Source of the DNA: Enoplolaimus lenunculus
Lineage: Eukaryota
Reading direction: 5' to 3'
Length of the DNA: 64,000 nt
Assembly (NCBI GenBank): GCA_030248215.1
Contig: JASANG010003711.1
Coordinates: 186,001-250,000 of the forward strand
Both the position numbers and the translations under genes were made by a program. This document shows positions 38,129 to 52,218 of this stretch, piece by piece. Positions within the stretch are counted from its first letter, which is position 1; the number at the start of each line of letters is the position of its first letter. The notes beneath the pieces were generated by a model. The model made no database searches and was not told the DNA's origin. It worked only from the letters and a program-made list of their open reading frames with translations.

Positions 38129-40800
38129 CTAGTCGCAGGCCTGGACGCAGGTTAGAAAATCACGTAGCAGCATTTGTTGCATTAACATACGCTTAATACG
38201 CAACAATAACTCGTTTGTATAAATTTACAAAGTGCAGAAAAAGGCTGGTTGCAATAAGTAATTTTTAAATTTTGGCCATTTAAGTTTACGTATTTAAAAT
38301 TAAAATATAAAATATTTAAATTGTCGGTGAATAAATAACGCGATATGGGTGTATAAAGCGTGGATTAACAGGATTTGAATTTCAAAATATCGGATATAAA
38401 ATCAGTTTTATCAACGAGCAGTGATATTCTAAAACAATGCATTGAAGCAGAGGTCATAATAACGTGTTTGACAAAACTGTGAAGTTTTACTTGCTGTTAC
38501 AATTAAAGAGTTTTATCCAGTCTGCAGTTACGACAAAAACAGCTCGATTTTAAAGATTTTTGATATTTTTAGTACTCTCACTTGCTTTTCTGATCATTCC
38601 ATATTCAAGTGTCAATATTTGAAAAATTTCGTGTGTGATTTTCTGCGGCTCGTGCAATAGTTACGAATGCTGAGGGTTGTGGAAATTAACGCCTTAAAAT
38701 TGAAATCTACAAACCAATCTAGTTAAAACTTTATAATATTAAGTATTCTTTTGAAGTTCGCGGTTGTGAGCTACACATTCGCGAAGTCATCCTTTATGCC
38801 GTGCGCTGCACAGAAGCGGGTGCAAGTCTAATAAATATCAGGGCACGTTCGATAGAAACTCGATTTTAACAGTGTCTTGTTTAATAAACATTACTGATAA
38901 ATAGTGAAACCAACGTTGTATGCATCAGAAACAGAGCAGCTGATACAAAAAAGAGAAGACCACATAGGTACACGTTGGGGCGCAAAACTCTGGAAGATAC
39001 ATCTGCAGCGAAGCGAGCAAGAAACCAAATGCAATTTTAATGTTTAAGATAGCTTTACCGTACAGTTTTTCATAACAGAATCCATTTTTTACGCTATGCA
39101 AAAGTATATGGCTCAAAACGAAAAGAACTGATTCTTTGATCTCCAGGCTGCTCTTCTCCTGTATTGCATAAATACTAACGGACCATTTTACGCTTCTCGA
39201 TCCTGTAGCCATTGTAACGAACAAGGCTGTAGCAGAAAAATAAGCATATTCCTAAGTCTAAACCTAAAAGCCTAAGGCTAAGCGAAATGATACATTATTG
39301 TGTGCTACTTTAAGCTCACATTGATAACATAGCGTAAATGATCACAATACCTATTACTGCACTCAGAAACATTTTTTCAATATGAGAAACAGTAGCGTTT
39401 GTTGAAAATCCTGCGCAGTGCAAAACAACTTTCTAAGAGTGCTTACAAAACGGCGTGGAGTGTTGAAAACTTTTAGCACTTGATGAAGGTCGAACTGTAT
39501 ATATATTTGCACAATACATTGTGCAGTCTCCCCCAGTGGACCACTGCAATTTTTTGCACATTGAGACTTTAAGAGTCGTTGTTGCTAAAATACAAAAACG
39601 TGTCAAATGTACAGAGCAAATAAACGGAATAGTGTCATGTAAACATGGGCCAGTGTAGTGTTTAGATGGATTAACCAGTTCAGCCAGCTTACATCGTTCT
39701 ATTAGCTGTGCTCTATGTACAAGGTTCGTTTGTAACTGACTTCGCATTATGCATATACACTGCTCTCCTGTTTGTCGGTTCGGGTATTCGGACGTCCTGA
39801 AAAGTTCAGGCGTGGTTCGATCAGAAAATGTGGACCTGTACGGTTTTCTGTTTCCTTGTTCCAAAATTCTGATGATATATAGATCAGGGGCGGGCCGATT
39901 TCCTATTGGACTGCATGAGTGTAAGCTTAAGCTTTACACTATTTTCTTATCAAGTTATTTCGGTTAGATTATGACATTCGGACGCATAAGTTTTTTCATT
40001 GCTTGGTTCGGATATGTTGGTGCAGTTCGCTAAATGTACCTCGAATTTCATAGGATTCCGTGATTCCGTTCGTAGCAATGGAGAAAGGAACATAATAGCA
40101 TTTTGAATATCGGTATACGTATTTCTTTTCGGTTGCATATCCGGATATTTTTCATATCCGGATATTCGGTACCCATCTATAGAACATAGTTTTTTGCGGT
40201 TAAAACTTTTGGCCAAACTTTTACTTAATCACTTTAAACGTATATGTAGAAGAATCAGAACCAGTGTCAAACTCAAATGTTATAAAGTATACAAAAGTTC
40301 AACTTTTTTTTACGAAAATACGTTGGAATCTGCTGATTTTTTTACCATGAGTTGGGTTACAAACGAAATCAAATTAATAAATTTTATTGAAGCGATAAAA
40401 CTTCATTAGATGAAAAATACCGCACCAAGTCATCAAATTTTCCCGTTTCAGTTTTGATATATTTTTGAGAAATTTTCGCTTATTTATAATATCGATACGA
40501 GCCAAATAGGTTGTCAATAGCCAGTTTTGCAAAGTTTCTAAATTATAGCTTGCCTGAAGCCAGTTCTCCTTGCTTGGGAGACGCTTCACGTCTAAAAAGA
40601 TTTCAGTATGGGTGAACAAAAATTTTAACCAACTTACAATCAAGGTTGATAATTATTTGGGCTTATTTATGCAAAGGCTGATAGCCGCACTTTCCTCTGA
40701 CTACGAAGTCACGTTGAAACACTTATGTTTTAGAGTAAACGGTATAGCGTTTCTTGGAAAATTTTCCACTAAAATTTGTAACGTTTCAACTTTATTTTAG

Positions 40801-40900
40801 AATGCTTGATAATAAACGCGAAAAAAGTGAAAAACTAGAAAAACAACTAGAAATGATCAAAAGCAAATTCAATGAACCACTGGAATTGAATGAATTGTGA
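40801..40900 (+). pseudogene. Inverted duplicate of the terminal SWAP70-like exon; flanking homology extends ~40445-41160
   Basis: 94/100 identity to the reverse complement of 22659-22758. Acceptor TTTTAG and TGA are retained. Confidence 0.85.
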
Positions 40901-43272
40901 ACTCCCGGCGTGTAACTGTAAAATTGTTCCAAATGAAATAAGAATTACGAAATTCATCTAAAATGTTAAAAATTTCGATGCGTCCGCCATTTTTTCTTCG
41001 AAATTCTTGAAAACCTTGTGAAGTTAGGCACGCCTAAATTGTGTTAGCAGAAAAAAATACATTTTTGAATGTGAAGTACGAACAAACAAATTATATTAGT
41101 AATTAGTAAAATCTTGAAAGCAACAACGTCTGTACTTTTGTTTTAGGCATAATAAAAGTACTGACCCTTGTTACTTTCAGAGTAGTCCCATTTTTTGGTG
41201 AGACTGTATTCAGGGTCGGAGCAGCCACCCCCCCATGCCCCCATTTGGACGGCCCCCACCCCTAAAGGGGCCAACACCCTAACCGGTTGAAACAAAAACC
41301 GCATAAGTTTAAAAATGTGTCTGGCTTCTCGCTCGCTTCGCTCGTGAGTTTGGGCCCCCCATCCTGGAATTTGAGGGGAGCCCTCACAACTGCCTGCTCC
41401 GGCACTGACTGTGTTGGAAGAGTAGACATTGATTTTACACTATATTTTTGCTTAGTCATAGGCTTTGACGTTGGCTTTGTCTTAGGATTTGGCTTAGGCT
41501 TAGGCTTAGGACACAACAGTTTTTAAACGCTTACACTAAGGAATATGCTTAATCTACAGGGCTTAAAGGATTAAGGAATATGCTTAATCTACAGTTACAG
41601 CTCTAAAAGTATCATTGACCAAAGTACCCAGCGAATTTTAGGCACGTAGTATAATAATTTTGTGTGGACGCCCCTGAGGTGAGGTTATATTTTTCAGGAA
41701 TGGAATCTTGGCTACGCCCGTGCTCGACAGCATTGAAATGTTCGATATTGGAATTATTTCAACGAGGAAAGTACTGAAAATTATGTATAGCACAAAATAA
41801 GAGAGTATATAGTATTGTGCAACGAAAAGAACATATATAAAAGATAACCACAAAACTATAGACCAAAGAAATACACAATAATGTCGCCTAATACAAGGAT
41901 CCCTGCAAATTCCTCAGCAAAATTTTTAATTCAGTTTAATTATGTCTGTAAATACTTATCAGGCTATAACTGCTCTCACAAAGGTCTGTTAAACAACGTC
42001 TTTTTGAAAATACTAACAGAAAGATACTGATTTCAATTATATATTTGCTACAAACATTTGTCTAAAACAATGTAAAGTCACATCAAAATTTTACAATATC
42101 AATGTTACTGTTTAGGTTTACATTTTCTGGGCATAATTTAAACCTATTTATTACAGACCAAATCTATATTCTTGAAGTCTAAAACCAATAATTCCCTCGT
42201 AGGCGACGCTCAAAAAACACTGGAATGCCTAAAAGTTATTAGAAAAAGATTTTGAGCTTTAAACTTTAATATTTTTAAAAGAATCAACATTAATTTGTGT
42301 GCCATTATGGAACCATGTTTTGTTCCAAAAATGGTCTAAAAATATAAAGTGCTACCGCGTGTGGGCGGTAGTTGAACTCAAATACGGATTTTTTAATCAT
42401 CGTGAAATATTGTAAACACAGCGTATATACAGTCGCTCGAAAATGTCATGACCGGTTGTGTCTGAAACAAAAAATATATTGTGCTAAAAATTAAGAAGAT
42501 AAATGTTAATGCTTTGTACAATAACGTGCGGGAGCGGATCTGATGCCACAAGTAACATGGACAGATACATTCGTTGTTGTAGATTTTGCACCTCAAAAAT
42601 TCTTAAAAATAGTTATGGGGCTATGATGACATGACTTTGACCACACCTATTTTATTACTCAAATCACTTAATCTTCCGTTGAAGATGGGCTGTAATTGTT
42701 CGAATTAAAATAACAAAAATACCAGTTGGTATGTATTTGCATACGTCTATTGTATTAGCAGAAAAAGTAAAATCTTTGAAACTTTTATATACACTTCAAT
42801 ATTCATTGTCCGTTTCCCTTTATTAGCATCATTTTACACACTGACAAAGCCCGTTGGCATGTTACACAGAGATGTAACTGGGTAAAGACTTCTTTACTCG
42901 GTTCGCACTTTACCCTCGCAAGGTTTATTTTTTAACCGCGACTATGCCCGCGCGAAACTTCTTGACTCGCGACCCACCTTTATTCACCATTTTTTGTAAG
43001 GGAGCAAAAAAACCCAGACACAATTCCAGGGTTTGTGGGATCAGGATAGTTCTAATGGCAAGTTTTGGAGACTTTATTTCGATTTCGAGAACTTGGGGTA
43101 TTAGCCGAGAAATTGGGAGGATCCTGTTCTAAACATGGGCCCAAACATCATATATTTCCCGTTTGTTAACGCAACTCTAGATGGGGATAATCACAAGTTT
43201 TTTACCCGCGTATTGTGAAACTCTGATGTTCCAAATATGCTGGCAAGACCGCCGCTGAACCATCAACCAGTT

Positions 43273-44079
43273 GGCCCATGTTAAGATGGAGTGCAGCGGA
43301 CAGTGGGACAACCGGGACATCTGGGTCAGTGGGGTCAGCTGGGACATATGGGACAGTGGGGATAGCTGGGACAGCTGGGACGGCGGGGACAGCTGGGACA
43401 GCGGGGACAGCTGGTACAGCGGGGACATCTGGGAGAGCGGGGGCAGCTGGGACAGCGGGGACAGCTGAAACAGCGGGGACAGCTAGGACAGCGGGGACTA
43501 AGCCTAAGCTTTAGCGTAAGCCTATGCGTAAGCCTAAGCCTAAGCCTAAGCCTAAGTCTAATCCTAACCCGAAGTCCTAAGAATAGCCTAAGCCTAGCAT
43601 GCACCTAAACGCACAGGCCTTAACCCTTTATTGTGTATTTATACAGATACGAATATATACATATACACTCTATAAAAACAATCTATACTTAAAACACTTT
43701 AGTTATATTTTACTAACTATTTTAAGTAAGTGTACTAAATATTAAGTAAATCTTTGCTAAAATAGTGTAAATAAGTAAAACTACTCTGTCATTTTCTGAT
43801 TTATTAAGTAAATGTAAAGCTAAGAATTTTGTGTTTGCTTAAAATTAAGCAAAGCTTTGCCAAGCCCCATAGTAAATACAACCGACATTTAATTCGGCAA
43901 AAGTTTTACTTAATTTTAAGTACACTTTTTAGTGAGTAAATACATACATATAAATTTTAAGCACAGATTTGACATCACCATATAAAAAATAAAAATATAT
44001 ATGTACATATACACAAACACATCAAAGCTGCATGTTTTTGACCCGGGACAGCGCGACGGCCTTCAGCGTAACATGAGCC
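43273..44079. mobile_element. Non-autonomous TIR element with a 9-bp GGGACAGCN minisatellite (43300-43498) and a (GCCTAA)n tract (43499-43620)
   Basis: GGCCCATGTTA.../...TAACATGAGCC termini. No clean TSD. Confidence 0.6.
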
Positions 44080-44789
44080 GCAAACTTTAGCACGCCGACT
44101 TTTACATATAACTTACTAGAGTAGACACCTGTTCGGAAAAAACAGTTTTATAGTTACATAAAATAAAAGTAAATCTGTGTTTAAGACTTGACGACAATAT
44201 ACAAATGAATCGTTGTCGATTGCGCAAAGTATTAATAAAGCTCTGAACAAACGTGCAACAAAATATTTATAGCATTATATATAGCAACTGCTTTATAAAC
44301 GCTCAAAATATTGGGTTTCTACACCCACAGGCTCGATTCTCAGATGTATGGCCCGAATCTATTTGAGTGTGGAGCGCCAGCCAAATTTGGTGGGAACGGC
44401 CCTTCATGCCCTCCCGTGTGGACGCCATTGCAACAATACACTTACTTTGGGAAACGGAAAAATGTGGGAGCTATATATTTTCGCAGGCAATATGGAAAAA
44501 GGGACAATTTTTTGTTGAGATTCATTTTGGCAGGGGGGCTGCCGCCCCCTGCACCCCCCAAACTTCGAAGGACCCTAAACAGGATGGAGGGCTGCCGCCC
44601 CAAAGCCCCCGCACTAAGCGATCTTGTTAATCAAACTAAAAGTAATAACAACAAATTTTAATAATAATCACATTATGCATAAACAGCAGTAGCAAATGCT
44701 GCTCTTCGGCACTATTGCTGTCTCGAGGGAAAGCGGGATGCCTCTGAAAGCAACATGGGTCGTCCCGGCTGTCCCACTGTCCCAGCTGT

Positions 44790-45667
44790 GACCCATGATA
44801 CTATAAAGCCCGTCCCAATTGCCCGGGACACAAATATACCCTGAGTGCACACTTATGCGCTCCTGTTTACATATGCACAGGCAGATATATTTACGTAGGT
44901 ATATATAATATATACATATATACATATGATATAATATATACATATATACATATATACATAAATATACACATATATACACATATGTATATATATGTATATT
45001 TATGTATATATGTATATAATACATGATCTGTCCCAAGTGTCCCATCTGTCCCAACTGTCCCATCTGTCCCAACTGTCCCGCTGTCCCATGTGTCCCAACT
45101 GTCCCATCTGTCCCAACTGTCCATCTGTCCCAACTGTCCCATCTGTCCCAACTGTCCATCTGTCCCAACTATCCCAACTGTCCCAAGTGTCACATCTGTC
45201 CCAAGTGTCCCAACTGTCCCACCTGTCCCATCCGTCCCACTGTCTCATCTGTCCCGCTGTCCCAATTATATTTTTGGAATGTACTCCTGGTAAATTGCTG
45301 TCCCGGGAAAATGGGTCGGGTACTCCAGGTACATTTCTGTCCCAGGAAAATGGGACGGCCTTTAAAGTAACTTGGCCCCAGCTGTCACCGCTGTGCCAGC
45401 TGTCATCGCTATGCCAGCTGTCCTCGCTGTCCCAGCTATCCCAGCTGTCCCCGGTGTCCTAGTTGTCCCCGCTGTCGCAGCTGTCCCCGCTGTCCTAACA
45501 GTCTCGCTGTCCAAGCTGTCCCAGCTGTGCACGCTGTCCCAGCTGTCCCCCAGCTGTCCCAGCTGTGCACGCTGTCCCAGCTGTCCTCGCTGTCCCACCT
45601 GCCCACGCTGTCCCAGCTGTCCCCGCTGTCCCTAGACAGTGGGACGGCCCTCAGCGTAACATGGGTC
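44790..45667. mobile_element. Related TIR element with an (AT/AC) microsatellite and 9-bp TGTCCCANC minisatellites
   Basis: GACCCATGATAC..GCCCGTCCCA / GGGACGGCCCTCAGCGTAACATGGGTC termini, with arrays at 45028-45265 and 45375-45635. Confidence 0.6.
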
Positions 45668-46059
45668 CACAAGTTTATGGCTGCTTTACATAATCGTTTT
45701 GAGGCCCATCAAATATTTCAACCGCTAAAAACAACACATCATCTTTAAACTAAATTTTCCGCGCAATTTTTTACGGACAAAATAAAAGCTCATCTGCGCA
45801 CCGAGGCATGCACGAAATGGGCGGAGGGCACTAGTGATGGACCCGAACGCTTGTATACAATAACTACTAACTTTCCAGTCAATCGACCAGTGATTTTGTG
45901 AATCGTCATAGTCCGCTTTTAATTTTTTAGTCAGGCCACGACTCCATGTGAAAAATTCCGGCATACACACAGTATTGCGCCTGGAAATAAGGATTTTAGA
46001 AACACAGTGGCCTCATAATTCGGTAACAGTTTTAGTTAGTTTTTTATCCAGAGTGCATG

Positions 46060-46172
46060 ACAAGTGTATGCAACTCTTGGGGTTCCACGTCATACAAAAT
46101 GTACCAGCCGGCGTTGCGTTTTTAGCCGACCCCTCTGGTTTAAGAGAGGGTCGCAGTCACATGCAATAACCC
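46060..46172 (-). mobile_element. Short hairpin-rich dispersed repeat (HINE-like); second copy at 59712-59850
   Basis: Shared ...CAACTCTTGGGGTT..TACAAAATGTACCAGCCGGCGTTGCGTTT..CGACCCC..GGGTCG..GTCACATGCAATAACCCT. Confidence 0.6.
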
Positions 46173-47697
46173 TAAAATAAACTACAAGCGGTGCCATTTT
46201 TATTACATGGCGTGATTGCCTTTTTAGGAGCTTTTGTTGTACTGTAAAATAACATTCTTAAATTTAGATGGGGCCTGGCCCCAGATTGCTGAATCTTGTG
46301 AATTTCTACAGATAAACACAGCACGTGGTAGTGTTAACGTCATGTGACATCGAACATCATTATGCAAACTACTCAAGCATGCATAATCTTAATAAAGTAA
46401 GCTAAAACAGTGCAAAATTGATTAACTAAAAAGTAAACTGTTATATTTTTAAAAGAACGTACCTACAAAGAACCTTTTTTACTTTTTCTCAAATGAAAAA
46501 CTACTGCAAGCTCAAGCTGCAATTTTTAAAAGATGTTGCAATCACATCTTTTGGTTGAAAACAAAAACTAAAATATTAAATGGTGCAGATCTGTCGTGAA
46601 AGAAGTTGTGATTCACAATTATTTTGGGTTCAAAGCATTATATACCGCAATCTGCCGAGTTTCGGGTTCGCTATGATGTTTAAAATAATCCGCTTGGGTT
46701 GCCAAAACATCGACAACACCTCGTGCAAGTGCGCCTGAAAAACGTGGTTGTGAAAAAGTTCTGCAAAATATAAACTATTCGATTTGTTGACTTACGAGTC
46801 TGAACTGCTTGCGATTAACTTGTTCTGTTGAGCGGTACATTTCATTGTGTACAAATTTCCGTTATGCTTCAAACTCGATTTCCATTCACGCTTTGTTCCA
46901 CGTTTTAATTCCGATACCGGAACTTTAACTGTTGCAACCAAAACAGCACCTCAAATATCCGTCAAGATTTAAGTTATGTTAAATAAACATTTTCCGTTTG
47001 TGACAATGTAAATGGCCCGGCGGATGTTTTCCGCTTGAAAAATCAGCACGAAATTCAGGCATGCCGCTAGCTAGGTCATTAAAGCTTTACTTATTTTTTT
47101 AACTGATGAAGACTACATTTTCTGTTTCTTAACTTTCATGAAAAGTGACGAAATGAGGAAAAATACTTGTATACATAATTCATGTGTATCTCGTGATTAG
47201 TGCTTTGTTTTAGAATTTTTCGCCGTTGTATTCTCCCATTTGTTATAATTTTGGGTATAATCGGTCAGAATCTCTGAAACATTTAAACTGTACTGTGTTG
47301 CAAATAAACACAATCGTTGAAATTTTCGGTCTCTAAATCTTGTGCATCAGCCATTTTAATTTGCGCCATGCTTGTGGAATTCAAAAATGTTCTTTGCCAA
47401 CTTGAGTTTGGAAAAAGGGTGGCAGTGTGAAATTGAATTTGAAAACTTTTCCAATTTCCCTTTGACGTCGATTTCCTAAAATCGAATAGTAAATTGATAA
47501 TTTATTTACTTTAATTTACCACTTGCGAAACAAAAATCCATAGATTAACGAAATCGAAACACTTTGTGAATTCAATTTCCCACTGACTAATTAGTATATA
47601 TTTGTCCTCAAATGGGTAATTGGAGACAAGACTTTTTAAAACGAAAAGTAATATTTTACCTATTAATATCGAAATGATGAAAATAGGTTACACATTT

Positions 47698-47732
47698 TCA
47701 TTTGCGGTACTTTTGGGCTGCTTGATTGACAA
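47698..47732 (-). CDS. BTB protein, candidate terminal exon (V-VNQAAQKYRK*); an alternative acceptor exists at 47475
   Basis: TTGCAG acceptor with phase compatible with the exon-3 donor. The 3' gene structure is ambiguous. Confidence 0.35.
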
Positions 47733-47824
47733 CTGCAATCATGTATAGGTAGAGGTGAGTTGAACTTTAGCTAGCTACCGATATTGAGTTTGGAAAACAA
47801 GTTCGAATCAAAAGTTAAACGTAC

Positions 47825-48138
47825 CATGCTCTACACGTTCTTCCGACACCAATTTGTCGGCAGCAACAAGAAATTCTAGTAATCGGGTTTTAACTTGTGC
47901 TCGAAGTGACTGATAGCTCGAAGAACGCAAAAACTCGGAAAGTGACCAGTTTCGCTGGATCCAATTTGTGATATCCAACAAAATTTGATTTTCCTGATCA
48001 CCTTCAAACGATGAAACTGCTTCGATCAGTTGCGAAACGTTGTCACGAGTTAAACCTTCGAATGCTCTGTTCGCCGCATACACGTTGAGCTGACAGATAC
48101 CATTTGCTCTTGATTGCTCAATGACTTTCAGACATGTG
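47825..48138 (-). CDS. BTB protein, exon 3 (helical BACK-like region)
   Basis: TTTTAG acceptor in phase 2, G|GTACGT donor, open frame TCLKVIEQSRANG...LTRDNVSQLIEA...WIQRNW. Confidence 0.75.
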
Positions 48139-49019
48139 CTAAAATGGCAAACTGAATTAAAATTTTACCAAAGCCTAAATAACGCTAATTTTTTAAATAA
48201 ATATCAGCAAACACGCTGAAAAAACCAGGGGAGGGGGCGATGCTCTAGAATTTTAAAATTAACAATTCATATTACGATGTTATGCTATAATTGCGTTTGG
48301 GTTCCAGCGCGTTGGGCTTCACCAGATTTTTATATAAAAATCAATTTATATTTCATTCGAGGTAACAAGGCACTTAGCAGACTGATGCTATTTCTGTCAG
48401 CGTAACATGGTTTTGGGACGGCGGCAAATTTGCTATTTTACACTAAGGATGGCTCTATACTTGTCGTGGGGCGCCGTTTGTCGCCATCCGTCGCCCTCAG
48501 TTACCATACGCTGTCGTAAGTTCATAAGTGAGTAATTAACGTACACGCCACAGCAGAAACATTGCCGATTCTTTGCCGTTACTTTTTGCGCATAATACAA
48601 CTGTCCTCTCTTGCGTTTGTGTTTGAAACAATTAATTGAAATGAACCGTTTTTATAAAATTATAATCATATACGATAGTTAGGATTCAAATCTTCACAGA
48701 ATGATGTAATGTTATATCCTATCTGTTTATTGAGTATTGTGTACTAAAGTTGGAATCGGCATCTGTTCGGCATATGCAAAAAATTTTGGTATGGGAACAT
48801 CCCTACGATTAATATATGTCTTCCGGGCCGATACGCATTGTTTGTGTAATAAGAAACTAAGCTGACATGAATGAAAAGAAAACAATAGGATTTTGTGCAC
48901 TTTCCAATGACAAATTTTGCAAAAAAATGTTGGATTCGGCTGCAAATACTGCAAACATGATGGCTAGTAAACTACTGCAAATAATAAACTTGGTCAGCTT
49001 CAGCTTCCAATTTTGATAC

Positions 49020-49655
49020 CTAAACTCCGTCAAATATTCAATATCAAAAAATCTTGCGTGAATCCAATGCTTAATAACCATCGCAGTTTTGTTGTCGCCA
49101 AACGAATAAATGTTTCGACTCCCACTGGTTTTTCTTTTTCGAGATCCCTTTAGCGATGAACACATCAAGTGCAACACAAACGGATGAATTTTGATAGCGT
49201 CATCACTGTTAGAATTCGTCATATAAACGTCATCCGATGATTTACGATAAAATGCGTTCCTCCATAACGACATAAATTTAGAGTTTCGTACATTGTCAAT
49301 GGTTGATTCAGTCCATTGCGACGGATAATAACAATCATCGTACTCTGATTGTGAAACTTGCGACAATAGCAATTTGAAAAACCGTTGATCAATGTTGGCA
49401 GATCTATCAGCATTTACAACCGAAAACATATTTTTAATTGCACAATCACGCTCTTCGTCACAGTGTGCGAGTTCCAAATGACCCAAAAATTGCGTTATTA
49501 CACATTTTAACGTGTACAAATCTAGATCAACTGAAGTTTTATAGACTTGGCCAATATTCGACAAGTTTAGAATATCTGGAAGCCGCGAAACACCAGCATT
49601 AATCAAATGAGAGACCTGATATTTGTGAGCCAACCGCAAACCACCTTCAATCTGT
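49020..49655 (-). CDS. BTB protein, exon 2 (end of BTB1, BACK-like helices, degenerate second BTB)
   Basis: TTTCAG acceptor and AG|GTATC donor. Motifs LAHKYQVSHL, LNLSNIGQVY and SSDDVYM...IKIHPFVLHLMCSSL. Confidence 0.8.
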
Positions 49656-50481
49656 CTGAAATATGTTTCTTTTCAAGTAGTGACAACGAAAAAATTTTGC
49701 CTCCTACGAAATTTTAAATCTTGCTTGTAACTCGTAGAAAACCTACGTATGCCTCTGCTGATAAAATTTTGCCCCCTCCCCAGCAAGGTGAGCTGACTAC
49801 GGGCCTGTATACGGTGTTTGCTTATTTCGATTTCTAAACTTGCTAATATGTGACAACCCAAAGTCACTCAACATTGTATGTTTCAAAAACTCGGTGTTTG
49901 TGTTCTGAGTTTCGTGTTTGGACCAAAATTTTTTTGTCAAAAAGTTCAACATTTTAATATCACTCGGTGCAAATAACGCTGCTGAGACGGTTAACTGACA
50001 CTCATGAAACCCCTGTTCACGAGCGCCTGGAGATATGTTCAATAAATTTATTTTGGGGAAAATATTAATTTAGACAATAAAAAGGATGAATTTACCCATG
50101 ACGTGGAAAACATTTTATTCCTTGAAGGTATAATCCTATGTAAAACCGTTGTGCTCTGTATGATCTATAAACGGCTATTCTTAAGCTGATTCAAAGTACT
50201 TAATGTCAACGCATGGTTAATATACGGCAAATTTATACCCAACACTTTATTTCATACAAATTTTACGGCAAATTCAGTGTTTTATTGAGCAATTCAATGC
50301 CCGACATTTATTTTGTGCTTGTATAACGAGTTGGAATAATACGAAAACATATTTAACCAATGGGACTGATTAAGTAAGTATTGAGCCGGGCGAAATCCGG
50401 CAGTTGCACAATCTTGTCGAAGAGTGATCGATCACTCTTGAGTTGGGCTTATTATATGGAGCATAATGGTAACGCACTTAC

Positions 50482-50777
50482 GCAATATTGCTCGCTTTCA
50501 ACAAGCCGGCTTCTGTAATACAGTAAATATCTTTCAAGAAAAAGTTAACGGTTTCGCTGTTGAAATCAATAATTTCTAATTTGCGTTCGGTGCCTTCTTT
50601 GAAATTTTCATCCTTAAACATTGCTTCAAACACAGGGCTGACCAAAGACAGAACGTAGCTGTGAACCAAAAATTCGTCTTTGTCAACTAAAATTGTCATA
50701 TCACTCAGTTCAGCAGAGTTAAATGCATTTTGCAGCGACTGCAACACCACTTCCGAACGCTCTTGAAAACTGGTCAT
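50482..50777 (-). CDS. BTB/POZ domain protein, coding exon 1
   Basis: Canonical BTB signature LSDMTILVDKDEFLVHSYVLSLVSPVFEAMF...FKEG...LEIIDF..ETV..FL..IY, with donor GC|GTAAGT. Confidence 0.9.
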
Positions 50778-50815
50778 AACTATACTGAAGTACTCAGAAA
50801 TCTAAACCAAATATT

Positions 50816-52218
50816 AGCTGGGTTTCTGAAATCGTAAGTAAGTATTTACGTAAGTTGTACTTAAGTAATTCCTCAAGTCACCGACTTAAGTCAATGCTAA
50901 AATTTTCCAGCAATAACAAATAAACACCAAATGGCAGCTATTGTTAAAATGGTAAGTTTTGCTTTTATTAAGGAGGCATCATGAGTTTACAAGTTTAATT
51001 AGACCACAGTTTATATGCCCGAACTGTTAATTTGGAATATATCAAATTTATCCAGTGACTTAACTATTTAGTATTTACTTAACATAAGTACGCTTTTAAA
51101 AACGATAAAATGGTATAAAGTAATTGCCTTGCACCAGGGTTGGTTTTTTCCTGAAAAATTGAATCGACCGGAAAATAACGTTTTTTCTTTAAAAATGGAA
51201 ACATTGAAAATCAAACACCAATGCTTCCGCACGCGCAGAAACGTTGATGGATGATTTGTCTTTTAAAAATTGACATTGGGAAAATCACAACGTCTATTTT
51301 GTAAGTACAACATTTGCTAACACATGGTGATAAGCATATTGCACACGCTACAAAGCCATTCCAGCTAAGGTGGCCACAAACTTGCGGGGTTGAGTTCGGC
51401 AAAAATTGTGCGAACAGGTTTGTAGTTTTATTGATATATGAAAAGAGAAATTAACCACAAGTTAGGTTCCTTACTAAACGTGGCATATACCAGTAATAAT
51501 GTTGCGTCAAAGAGACACCGAAAAATCTTAAATAGATAAACCAATCACTTAAGATTACAGAAGTATATTATAGCAGGGATTAAACCATTTGCATAACATA
51601 CTTTTTAGCGCCGTAGGACTCCTGGGACGACAAGAGACACAACTCTACTCACCCTGCGTACACCTCGGAGGAGCCACTGTGGTTTTAGTAAAGTGCCGTT
51701 GAATTTAGAACCTGTGAACATGTGTTTTCCTGGTTTTTCCAGAAGTTTAAGAGAGGCATGTACTCCCGTATTCTTCCCACTGGCGTTTCCAATACGGAAA
51801 TTAAAAATTTGTATTTAAAGGCTTAGCAAGGGCTAAAATGGCGTTTGTCTTCTTGATCGCTTCGTTCACGAGTAATTCCGCTATGTCTCTTGCGGTCCAC
51901 CATTTTAGAGTATCCTAGATCCACCACTGATTCTTCCACAATAACTTAGTTTTTGCCTTGAATGACGGGAGCATGCGAAACATCAATTACTCGCGGTTTC
52001 CGCGATGTTTTGTCGCTGTTTTAAGAGTAAAATTTACTGAGACTATAATAAAAAGTTTTTTTTCTTTTTTCACTTTTTTTCCACCCCCCCCCCCCCCCGA
52101 AAAACAGAAAAAAACGAAAAAAAGTTTTTACGTTTTTTCCGGTGCCCAACCCAGCTTAGCACGTACTATAAAGTACAAAGTTGTATGCAAATGAGGCTTC
52201 TGGTAACCCAACCCAGCC
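50816..52218. mobile_element. ACTTAAGT-family MITE interrupted by a ~1-kb hAT-like insertion (51135-52154)
   Basis: Homologous to 27140-27507. The insert has CAGGGTTGG/CCAACCCAG ends and TSD CCTTGCAC/CTTAGCAC. Confidence 0.65.

Noticed and set aside
43177..45748. Cys/Pro-rich, GTA-repeat and WDS-repeat ORFs resembling metallothionein or antifreeze proteins
   Set aside because: They are translations of 9-bp minisatellites that are open in several frames and on both strands.
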